The notes below the pieces were generated by a model that made no database searches, was not told the DNA's origin, and worked only from the letters and a program-made list of their open reading frames with translations. A program made the translations under genes and the position numbers. DNA of 64,000 bases from contig CAYRRP010000001.1 in the NCBI GenBank assembly GCA_964426735.1, forward strand, positions 157,226-221,225, given 5' to 3'. The stretch is from an uncultured Candidatus Saccharibacteria bacterium. Lineage in GTDB: Bacteria; Patescibacteriota; Minisyncoccia; Phycocordibacterales; DATDWN01. Of this stretch, positions 39,245 to 47,770 are shown one piece after another (position 1 is the stretch's first letter; each line of letters begins with the position of its first letter).

Positions 39245-39589
39245 ATGATAAAAGTTCGTACTTTTGAGAGAATTATTATTCTCGATATCTTAGGTTCAAC
39301 AACAGATGTTGAACTCACGAAAAAAGGCGACTTGAATGCATTACTTCGAGAAATTGATGAGTGTTACAAGCAAAACCATCGACAGATTGTTGTAAACCTT
39401 GAAGGAGTCTGCCACATCGATACTGATGCTGTCGCAACCCTTGTCACGAGACGAAGCTCACGAGAAAATCTGACTATACGCTTCTACAACATGCAACAAA
39501 AGGTGAGACATTCCCTGCGAAGTTCGGGATTTTTGACGGTCTTTCAGGTTTTCGAGTCACAGAGAGAAGCTGTACAAAGTTTCAACTAA
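39245..39589 (+). CDS. STAS-domain (anti-anti-sigma-like) protein
   Basis: IVVNLEGV.HIDT, V...LRSSG...VFQVFES..EAV.SF; SD AGGAGG; terminator at 39590-39617. Confidence 0.8.
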   Translation: MIKVRTFERIIILDILGSTTDVELTKKGDLNALLREIDECYKQNHRQIVVNLEGVCHIDTDAVATLVTRRSSRENLTIRFYNMQQKVRHSLRSSGFLTVFQVFESQREAVQSFN

Positions 39590-39628
39590 AAAGAGTGCCC
39601 TTACCGGGCGCTCTTTTCTTTTACACAA

Positions 39629-40915
39629 TTACAACTCAGGGAGGTATTCCATTGGATCAAGATATGCTTTGATATCAGCAATCGGCATTTTTGCACTTTT
39701 ACATGCGCGACTATTTACATGATTTTCTACACGCACACCTTGAGATGCATATACTCCAAGGTGAAGATGTGGGCCTGTAGAGTATCCTGTATTCCCGCTA
39801 TACCCGATCACATCACCTGTTGCCACACTTTGACCCTCAACCGCTTTAATCACTGAAAGATGTCCGTACACAGATGAAAGTCCGTTGGGATGTTTGACCA
39901 TCACCCATTTTCCAAATGAATAACACCCTTTCACCAAATCAGTATTTCCTGTTCCTGCCACCACACCTTCAAGAACACTTTTTACTGGAGTACCTATTGA
40001 TGCTCCAAAATCAACTCCATTATGCGAACCAGATACATACAAACGCTTTGATGCAGAAGTCTTTCCGAAGCGTTGAGTGATAATCACCTTATCAAGTGGC
40101 CATGAGAGTACACCTGGACGAGAGCTTGGGAGACGTGTCGGATCAATCTCAAGTTGGAGTTGGGACTCATACGCAAACAATTCTTTTTCAAATGCAGCCT
40201 TTTGCTCTTCTTTTTGTTTGAGAAGTGTTTTATATGCAGCCTCAGTATTTTTTGTCTGAGCAAGTATTTTTGCTTTTTCTTGTTTATTATATTCAACTAT
40301 TTTTTTCTGATCCTCAAGGTTTTCTTGAAGCAACTTGAGTCGTTCTTTTTCTGCTTCTGTTTTTGTTTTTTTGTCAGCCAGGTTACCTTTAAGATCAACC
40401 AAATCTTCTGTTTTTATTTTGATTTGTTTTTGTACTTGCTTCACATTATCTATACCATTCCACATATCAGTAAATGTTTTGTATTGCAGGAAATTTTCTA
40501 TAGGTGTTTCTACTTCTGTTTGATACATTTGATTCATAAGCTCTTTGATCAGCTCTGTATTAAGCTCAATCTGCTGTGCAGTTGTCTTGATTGTACTTCC
40601 AAGTTCATCAATAGTAAGATTACTTTTACTTATTTTTCGTTCTGTAAGTGTTAAGTCGGTTGTTACTTTTTTTTGAGTCACATCGAGAGTCTTAATCGTA
40701 TTTTGGAGTGTTTTCGCCTCCTTTCCTACTCGCTCTACTTCTTTGTTGTAGAGATTTATCTCCGCTTCAAGAGCTTTAATCTGATTGTTTCGTTCCTCTA
40801 TTTTTGTTTGGAGTTCTTCAGCTTTGTTTTGTGCAAAAGTGATAGGTGTAAAAAAAAGCACACCAAGTAGACAAGCAAGAGCAATAAAAATGCTGTGAAG
40901 AGGATGTAAACGCAT
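39629..40915 (-). CDS. EnvC/PcsB-like coiled-coil M23 peptidase
   Basis: Signal peptide, long coiled coil, HNGVD, YGHLS, STGPHLH. Confidence 0.92.
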   Translation of the reverse strand: MRLHPLHSIFIALACLLGVLFFTPITFAQNKAEELQTKIEERNNQIKALEAEINLYNKEVERVGKEAKTLQNTIKTLDVTQKKVTTDLTLTERKISKSNLTIDELGSTIKTTAQQIELNTELIKELMNQMYQTEVETPIENFLQYKTFTDMWNGIDNVKQVQKQIKIKTEDLVDLKGNLADKKTKTEAEKERLKLLQENLEDQKKIVEYNKQEKAKILAQTKNTEAAYKTLLKQKEEQKAAFEKELFAYESQLQLEIDPTRLPSSRPGVLSWPLDKVIITQRFGKTSASKRLYVSGSHNGVDFGASIGTPVKSVLEGVVAGTGNTDLVKGCYSFGKWVMVKHPNGLSSVYGHLSVIKAVEGQSVATGDVIGYSGNTGYSTGPHLHLGVYASQGVRVENHVNSRACKSAKMPIADIKAYLDPMEYLPEL

Positions 40916-41041
40916 AAACCTTAGTATATCAAAAAAGAAGCTTCGGTAAAAATACCTTTATAGCAAGCCATATTTTTGCACCTCATTTTATATAGATAAA
41001 AACACTTGACAATACTAGTATTATCATGTTATTATACTATG

Positions 41042-41304
41042 GTAGTAAAAGGTAGTACATAACAAGGCGAGGCTGCTTCGACAGTCCTTCCAGATTGGTT
41101 TACCTGTTGTAAACCTGAGGTCCAACCTCATTAAAAATGCAATTTGCCACCTCCAGCGGAGAGTGGCGCAGGAAGATAACCAAAGGACGAATAGTTTAGG
41201 GCACACATGTTTCAATTAAGTAAACATGGCGTTATTCCAAACTTACTAGACGGCGGACTTCACTGCAATTCAAGCCGAGACACTCACGTGTACTCGGCTT
41301 CTTT
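41042..41304 (+). ncRNA. Candidate structured RNA, ~260 nt
   Basis: TTGACA at 41006 plus TATTAT; five small hairpins; terminator at 41272-41304; no long ORF on this strand. Confidence 0.45.
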
Positions 41305-41430
41305 GATTACAAAATCTTAATCGCTTTTTAATACGAATAAAGCCTCGAAACATTTTACTGTTCCGAGGCTTTGTTTATTTGTACTAAATTGTCCTGCAAA
41401 CCAAGACAACTTTTAATTTTTGAGAGCAAG

Positions 41431-41756
41431 TTACTTGCCGTTTTTGCTATTGTCTCTGATGAGGTTGGCCATCAGGACATCGACGATCGATCCGCCATTA
41501 CCACCAGCAGTGCTGCCGTTGACGAGGACATCGGGGACAATTTTCATCCCCTTTTCCCCGGCCGTGGCCAAAGCTTGAGCGACCTGGACGATGGCGTAGT
41601 TGCCCGCATCCATGGACTCAATCTTCTGCTTGATCACCTTGGCTTCAGCTTCGCCGATCGCAAGGTCCACTTGTAGAGGGCCAGGAAGAGAACAGCAGCA
41701 ACTACTCCAAATAATGCCAAGGCATTATCTTGGAAAATATTTTCAATTCCGTTCAT
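41431..41756 (-). pseudogene. SPFH/flotillin-family gene remnant with a large internal deletion
   Basis: N-terminal TM frame (41756-41634) joined out of frame to a flotillin-like C-terminus AIGEAEA...KIVPDVLV. Confidence 0.65.
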
Positions 41757-41908
41757 GGAACGTCCTTTTCTTTTATTTTACAACGAACAGCTGGAATTTA
41801 CATTACATAATATATATTATTTGTCAATATTGAATATATTACAATATATTGTATTTAAAATACTTGACTTATTACATATACGTCATATCATACAATTGAA
41901 AGGTAAAT

Positions 41909-42091
41909 ATGTCACAACTTCGAGAAATTGGTACTGTCCTCGTTCTTTCTGCTGGACTATTATGGTTAATCTCTTCGGTGCGGAATTCCTACGGCGATCA
42001 TAGACCGAATGAGACTGAACGGTTGCTGAAAACGCTCACAATGGCAGTTATCGGAATCGGTCTTCAAACCATCCCCCGATCAAGAGATTAA
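41909..42091 (+). CDS. Small hydrophobic orphan
   Basis: TTGACT promoter; SD AAAGG; terminator at 42098-42130. Confidence 0.5.
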   Translation: MSQLREIGTVLVLSAGLLWLISSVRNSYGDHRPNETERLLKTLTMAVIGIGLQTIPRSRD

Positions 42092-42136
42092 ACTTCTCAA
42101 ATCGGCACCTCGCAGTGAGGTGCCGATTTTAACTTC

Positions 42137-43600
42137 CTATAAAACCTCAATCGCCTTTTGGATACGTGACATTGACTCTTCTTTCCCCAGAAGTGCGAGG
42201 AGTGTAAACGGATCCGGAGATTTTTCTCGCCCTGAAAGTGCAACACGTGTTGGCCAGAGTACTTGTCCCCTTCCTTCAGTGTTTGCATAATCCCAAATCA
42301 AGGCTTTTACAGCTTCTGCATCGGTAAAACTTTCATCACTGCCTGTTTTGATAAGTTCACGTACTTGAGAAAGTCTCTCTTTTGTTTTTTCTGCATCTTT
42401 TTCATCTTTCCAGAATAATATATCTTTTGAATATTCTGGGGCTTTGAAAAAATATATAAAATCTCCTTCAGCAAAAAAAGTTGCAACATCTGACCATTTT
42501 TCCAAACGTTCAATAATCAAACTCGAGACTCTCTTGAGCATATCTTCATTAAAACCTGGAAGAGCTTTAATTTCCTTTGGAATAAAGCCAAGGAGTGTGG
42601 CAAACTGCTCATCTACACTCAATTTCTTAATATGTTCACGGTTAATCCAGTTGAGTTTTTCTTCATTAAGTCCCGCGCCTGAGTGTTGAATTTTTGAAAT
42701 ATCAAAAGTATCTATTAATTCTTCGCGAGAAAATATCTCTTGGTCAGTACCTGGATTCCACCCAAGAAGTGCAAGGAAGTTTATAAACGCATCTGCGAGA
42801 TAACCTTCTTTTCTATATTCAAGCAAATCTTTTGCACCATCTCGCTTAGAAAGTTTCTTCTTTCCATCAGGAGCCATGATTGGCGGTAAGGTGGCAAAGA
42901 CTGGAGTATCCACACCAAGTGCCTCATACAGTGAGAGAAATTTTGGTGTTGAAGAAATAAATTCTTGCCCACGCATTACATGTGTCACATTCATTTCAAT
43001 ATCATCAACAATGTGTGCAAAGTTGTATGTTGGATATCCATCTGATTTGATCAAAATAAAATCATCAAGAGCTTCTTCTCCTGCAGAGAGATCTCCCCAT
43101 ACCGCATCGTTCCATTCATATCGTTTGAGTGTTGGTACTTTAAACCGAAGTGGTTTGGTACCATCCCATACTTCTGTAGTATCTTTTCGATGTTCACGAT
43201 ACAAAAAGGGACGCTTTTCTGCTTCCGCTTTTTGACGCAACACCTCAAGCTCCTCCTCAGTGTATGGATCTGCGTATGCGAAACCTTTATCAATCAAAAT
43301 TTGTGCATATTTTTTATACACATCAAGACGCTCTGATTGTATTGTAGATCCGAAAGGGTTTTCCATATCTGGGCCAAAATCCCAAGTGAGCCCAAGCCAT
43401 TTGAGTGATTCCTGAATATGAGAAATCGAACCTTCTACTTCTCGTTCTTTATCTGTATCTTCTATACGAAGAATAAATGTTCCATTGTTTTTTCGAGCCC
43501 AAAGCCAAGCGTACAATGCAGTACGAACACTACCGACATGCATAAAACCCGTCGGTGACGGTGCGAAGCGAGTGACAACATGGTTATCGTGATTTTTCAT
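42137..43600 (-). CDS. gltX: Glutamate--tRNA ligase
   Basis: RFAPSPTG.MHVG, RIEDTD, KLSKR; start reassigned to 43600. Confidence 0.97.
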   Translation of the reverse strand: MKNHDNHVVTRFAPSPTGFMHVGSVRTALYAWLWARKNNGTFILRIEDTDKEREVEGSISHIQESLKWLGLTWDFGPDMENPFGSTIQSERLDVYKKYAQILIDKGFAYADPYTEEELEVLRQKAEAEKRPFLYREHRKDTTEVWDGTKPLRFKVPTLKRYEWNDAVWGDLSAGEEALDDFILIKSDGYPTYNFAHIVDDIEMNVTHVMRGQEFISSTPKFLSLYEALGVDTPVFATLPPIMAPDGKKKLSKRDGAKDLLEYRKEGYLADAFINFLALLGWNPGTDQEIFSREELIDTFDISKIQHSGAGLNEEKLNWINREHIKKLSVDEQFATLLGFIPKEIKALPGFNEDMLKRVSSLIIERLEKWSDVATFFAEGDFIYFFKAPEYSKDILFWKDEKDAEKTKERLSQVRELIKTGSDESFTDAEAVKALIWDYANTEGRGQVLWPTRVALSGREKSPDPFTLLALLGKEESMSRIQKAIEVL

Positions 43601-43634
43601 AAAAATAAAGTTTGAATTTTGATAAGTAAGCCGA

Positions 43635-43720
43635 GATTTGATTAATGATATTAGATTAAGGATTAATGAATGGGATTTTCTCATATTCCTTAATCTTTAA
43701 TCCTTAATCTAGTTTCTCTT
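43635..43720. repeat. Heptamer-periodic inverted repeat between murG and gltX
   Basis: gattaag/gattaaa units versus ttaatcc/ttaatct units; related to 5361-5435. Confidence 0.75.
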
Positions 43721-43721
43721 C

Positions 43722-44849
43722 CTACTTCTGGTGTTCAAGCGCAATATTAAGTATCTCAGTGGCTATTTTTCGAGCAGCATCTGGGTGTTGTGATATTTTT
43801 GTCGCTTCAGACATCTGTGCCAACACTGACGGATTATCAAGCAGCCGATCAACCTCTGCTGATAAGATATTACCAGAAAGATTGGCTTCTTCAAGGACGA
43901 TTGCCGCTCCTGTTCGTGCATATGCGTATGCATTCATTCTTTGGTGATTACCATTTGATTTGGTAATAGGGATAACAATAGCCGGTTTTTCCCATGAAGC
44001 GATTTCAAACAATGATGATCCGGCACGCGAAATCACGAGACTTGCCGCTCCAGCAGACATCCGTAATGCAAGATTGTTGAGGTAATCAAACGGTTGATAT
44101 CGTTTTTTAAACTCATTTGTCAACAACACTACATCTGCTGTGTTTTTAACCATCTGAAAATTATTTTTTCCTGTTTGATGAATGATTTGGTACTTTTGAA
44201 CAAGACGTGGAAGTGCATCAACAATCGTATCATTGATGAGTTGCGCTCCTTGAGAGCCTCCGATCACAAGAATCGTAGGAATATGTGGATCAAGTCCGAG
44301 ATACTCATGTGCACCAGAAGACAATGCATGACTAATATCTTTACGGATTGGATTTCCTGTATATGCGGTTTTGCCTTGAGGGAAATATTTTGCTGAATCT
44401 GGATATGAAATAGCGATACGTGTAGCAAACTTCCCTGCCCATGCATTTACTCTACCTGGAACACTATCTGATTCATGGATCACTACTGGAATCTTTAATA
44501 GCTTACCTGCAAGAAGCGCCGGAAAACTCGCGTACCCACCTTTACCAAAAATCACATCAGGATAGATCGTAAAGATCGTCCACAATGACACAACCACTCC
44601 CCATGCTGTCTTAAACATATCCACAATATTCATGAGTGAAAAATACACACGAAGTTTACCTGCTGTATTTTTCTTAAAGGTGACTCCGTGTTCGAACAAC
44701 AACCCTTCGTTGTACGGAGAGTTTGACATGTAAAAAAGTTCCAGACCAATAAGTTTATGTTCTTTTGCCAGCTGATTTATTTCTTCAACAATCGCAATGA
44801 TTGGATAAAAATGACCACCTGAACCTCCACCAGTAAATAAAATTTTCAT
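43722..44849 (-). CDS. murG: MurG glycosyltransferase
   Basis: GGGSGGH.YP, GGY, HES, GNP.R, GGSQGA, HQ..NA. Confidence 0.96.
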   Translation of the reverse strand: MKILFTGGGSGGHFYPIIAIVEEINQLAKEHKLIGLELFYMSNSPYNEGLLFEHGVTFKKNTAGKLRVYFSLMNIVDMFKTAWGVVVSLWTIFTIYPDVIFGKGGYASFPALLAGKLLKIPVVIHESDSVPGRVNAWAGKFATRIAISYPDSAKYFPQGKTAYTGNPIRKDISHALSSGAHEYLGLDPHIPTILVIGGSQGAQLINDTIVDALPRLVQKYQIIHQTGKNNFQMVKNTADVVLLTNEFKKRYQPFDYLNNLALRMSAGAASLVISRAGSSLFEIASWEKPAIVIPITKSNGNHQRMNAYAYARTGAAIVLEEANLSGNILSAEVDRLLDNPSVLAQMSEATKISQHPDAARKIATEILNIALEHQK

Positions 44850-44953
44850 TCTGTTAGAAATATGAAATCACAGATAACCTGCAACTCCTTTGTATATTAA
44901 TGTGTAATAATTCGACTTTCATACTCATTTGATTTCCGTTATTTCTAACGCGA
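44850..44953 (-). repeat. ~105-bp element with GTTAGAAATA/TATTTCTAAC terminal inverted repeats, copy 1
   Basis: Fills the whole ftsW-murG spacer; homologous to 56016-56121. Confidence 0.85.
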
Positions 44954-46087
44954 TTAGTGTTTTTTTCGTGCTGTTTTAGAAATATTTAAAATAATTCCCG
45001 CTTGAGCAAGTGTAATAAATAATGCAGTTCCTCCGTGACTGACAAACGGTAACGTAATACCCGAAAGTGGTAAAATTCCCACCATCGCTCCAATATTTAC
45101 AAACGCCTGCGATATGATGAGTATAACAATTCCCACAATCAAAAGTCTACCGAAGGGATCCGGAACAGACACAGCAATCTTGAGTCCACGTAATGCAAAA
45201 AATACAAATAAAAGCACCAATAACGTACTTCCAATGAAACCGAATTCTTCTGCAGAAACAGCAAAAATTGAATCCCCAATCGGTTCAGGCAAAAAATTAA
45301 ACTTCTGAATGCTTTGTCCAAAACCTCGACCATACAAACCTCCAGAACCGACTGCAATCAACGACTGCTGTATTTGATATCCACTTCCTTGTGCATTGTC
45401 TTGTGGACTCATAAATGTGGTGATACGTGCTTTGACGTACGGACGTGTATACGCCACAACCCCCAAACCAATAACACCAATTATTCCGAGCAGAAGTAGG
45501 TGTTTCCAGCGTCCACCTCCAGCGAGAAATACAGCAAACCCAGCTGATACCGCAACAATCAAGGTGTCTGTATCAGGTTGTGCAAGCAGTACTGCGCCGA
45601 CAATCCCTGTCACCACTACAAACGGCAAAAGTCCATGCGTAATTGTTTTTATATTTTCTTTTGCGCGTGCTACCCATGCAGCAAAATAAATCACATATGC
45701 GATTTTCAAAAATTCGGCAGGTTGAAATGAAATAACTTTAAATGTCACCCATCGTTTTGCACCTCCATGACTCAGACTGAGACCTGGTACAAATACGAGT
45801 AATGTGAGTACGACACCGATAATAAAGATGAAAAAAGCGTTTTTCTTGTAAAAATGAAAAGGGATTTTTGATGTCACTAGACATGCGAGAGATCCGAGAA
45901 ATAACCCGAAAAAAGTTTGGTTGAATGCGACGTTTGCATATTTAATGCTATTTTTTGAAAGCAATCCCAGTGACGCTGAGCTAAATATAAGAAAACCCGC
46001 CACCACAAGAATGATGAGTGAGATGAGAAAAGGGATGTCGACTTTGATGCCCGTCTTAAACATAAAAATATCAAAAAACTTAAGCAA
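44954..46087 (-). CDS. ftsW: SEDS protein FtsW
   Basis: GAKRW, QPAEF.K, QPD, YQIQQS..A.GSGG..G.G, LPF.S.GG. Confidence 0.93.
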   Translation of the reverse strand: MLKFFDIFMFKTGIKVDIPFLISLIILVVAGFLIFSSASLGLLSKNSIKYANVAFNQTFFGLFLGSLACLVTSKIPFHFYKKNAFFIFIIGVVLTLLVFVPGLSLSHGGAKRWVTFKVISFQPAEFLKIAYVIYFAAWVARAKENIKTITHGLLPFVVVTGIVGAVLLAQPDTDTLIVAVSAGFAVFLAGGGRWKHLLLLGIIGVIGLGVVAYTRPYVKARITTFMSPQDNAQGSGYQIQQSLIAVGSGGLYGRGFGQSIQKFNFLPEPIGDSIFAVSAEEFGFIGSTLLVLLFVFFALRGLKIAVSVPDPFGRLLIVGIVILIISQAFVNIGAMVGILPLSGITLPFVSHGGTALFITLAQAGIILNISKTARKKH

Positions 46088-47144
46088 TCATTGTTAATAT
46101 CGTTCCGAGTATTGCACACACAACCCCAATAATCCAATATCGCATAACGATTTTTTCACGTGACCAACCGAGTGCTTCGAAGTGGTGATGGAGTGGAGCG
46201 ACTCGAAACACTCGTTTTTTATTGAAATTTTTATACACAAAAATTTGAATAATTACGGAAAGCGTGGTGGCAACAAGCGGAACAGCGATAATAGGTAAAA
46301 ACAACACTGAATTTGTGAGAAATGCTACGACAGAGAGTGTGACGGTCAGACTCAAAATACCTGTTTCTCCCATATAAAATCGAGCGGGTGGGATGTTAAA
46401 CCATAAAAATGCAAGTGTCGCTCCCCCTACGACCGCACAGAATGCAGCAAGATCAATCTGGTTATTGAAATACGCAATCACACCATAGGCGGTAAAAATT
46501 GTCGCCATGATGCCTCCTGCGAGCCCATCCATACCATCGATTACACTCGTCGAAAATGTACCGAGCATAACTGCAATAAAAAAAGGTATAAAGAGTAATC
46601 CTAACTCAAGCTCACCTCCAAATGGTATGTGAATCGTTGTTGCTTCAAGTTTAATATAAAACCACAAACTAATAGCGAGTCCAATCAGTATAACCGAGAT
46701 AATTTTTATTTTTCTATACACAAGACCATCTTTTGCATATGATCCTTTGCCTGATATCTGGAGCATATCATCTACGAGTCCAATAAGTGCAGTTAGTACA
46801 AGTGTCGCAAGCGGTATCAGTGTTTGATTACGCGAAAGAAAGTTCAATTTTTCCGTGAGACTGTTGGGAAACAGTGCTGCCAACACAAACATAACTGCTA
46901 CAGTACATAACACAGAAAACCATATGATTACTCCACCGACTCGCGGAGTACTAATCTCTTTTGCTGTATTATGGATTCGATTAAATTCTTGTGATGTTGA
47001 TTCGGGATTATCGGATGCTGTTCGAGGATTTTTCTTCCACATCTTATACGCATAAAAATAATGCGTAAAAAACGGTGTTATCGTGATACCGATAATAAAA
47101 GAAAGAATGCTTGGAATGAGGACTTTGAGTACGTCGATGTTCAT
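46080..47144 (-). CDS. mraY: Phospho-N-acetylmuramoyl-pentapeptide transferase
   Basis: TP..GG, GLVDD, DGMDGL, FN.PPA..YMG, APLHHHFE..GW. Confidence 0.95.
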   Translation of the reverse strand: MNIDVLKVLIPSILSFIIGITITPFFTHYFYAYKMWKKNPRTASDNPESTSQEFNRIHNTAKEISTPRVGGVIIWFSVLCTVAVMFVLAALFPNSLTEKLNFLSRNQTLIPLATLVLTALIGLVDDMLQISGKGSYAKDGLVYRKIKIISVILIGLAISLWFYIKLEATTIHIPFGGELELGLLFIPFFIAVMLGTFSTSVIDGMDGLAGGIMATIFTAYGVIAYFNNQIDLAAFCAVVGGATLAFLWFNIPPARFYMGETGILSLTVTLSVVAFLTNSVLFLPIIAVPLVATTLSVIIQIFVYKNFNKKRVFRVAPLHHHFEALGWSREKIVMRYWIIGVVCAILGTILTMIA

Positions 47145-47224
47145 GAGATACAGTATAACAATATAGATACAATAAGTGAATGTATAAGAATTGAGTATGT
47201 CTGTATTGCAGGACGATGGAGGGT

Positions 47225-47761
47225 TTATTTCAGGATTTTAACTATTCCCATTAATGCCTCTGGCTTATTGTCTGGATTTTTAAATCTCCATAAATACTCC
47301 TCTAAGTGCGGTTCAGCACTTAATTTAGATTCATCGAGCTTTTGAGCTTTAATCATCTGATTTGGATCAAAAAAAACGAATAGATCAATCCTTAATCTAT
47401 ACCCCCTATCAAACAAAGTATTTTCATAAAAACGACGAATATCTTCTGAAAATGATTCTCCTATAATTACCCCATTTTCAATAATCACTTCTCCTGCTTG
47501 GATATCAGGTCTATACGGTTCAAATTCTTCATATGCAACACCTTTCCTATCTGGATCATATTTGTCAGTTCCCGTTTTCAAAATAATACCCACTAAATCA
47601 TCAAGGGTATACTGGGGATGATCTGCAATACTTAACGCTCGTACAAGAAATTTTCCTTCAAAATTTTCAGACACTACTTTATCTATTTTCTCTCCGATTG
47701 CTAAATAATCAGGTTGTGAATCTATAGAGTATTCAGGAATACTTACTTCAATTATTTTCAT
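47225..47761 (-). CDS. Hypothetical protein
   Basis: 178-aa ORF in operon context. Confidence 0.75.
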   Translation of the reverse strand: MKIIEVSIPEYSIDSQPDYLAIGEKIDKVVSENFEGKFLVRALSIADHPQYTLDDLVGIILKTGTDKYDPDRKGVAYEEFEPYRPDIQAGEVIIENGVIIGESFSEDIRRFYENTLFDRGYRLRIDLFVFFDPNQMIKAQKLDESKLSAEPHLEEYLWRFKNPDNKPEALMGIVKILK

Positions 47762-47770
47762 ATAATTTTA

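Noticed and set aside
35100-39617. Integron cassette array
   Set aside because: No integrase; the spacers are promoters and terminators, not attC sites with RYYYAAC/GTTRRRY ends.
41042-41304. tmRNA (TTCGACAG near the 5' end, AAATGCA resume-like motif)
   Set aside because: No GGGG 5' acceptor stem, no T-arm/CCA 3' end and no plausible Ala-ending tag.
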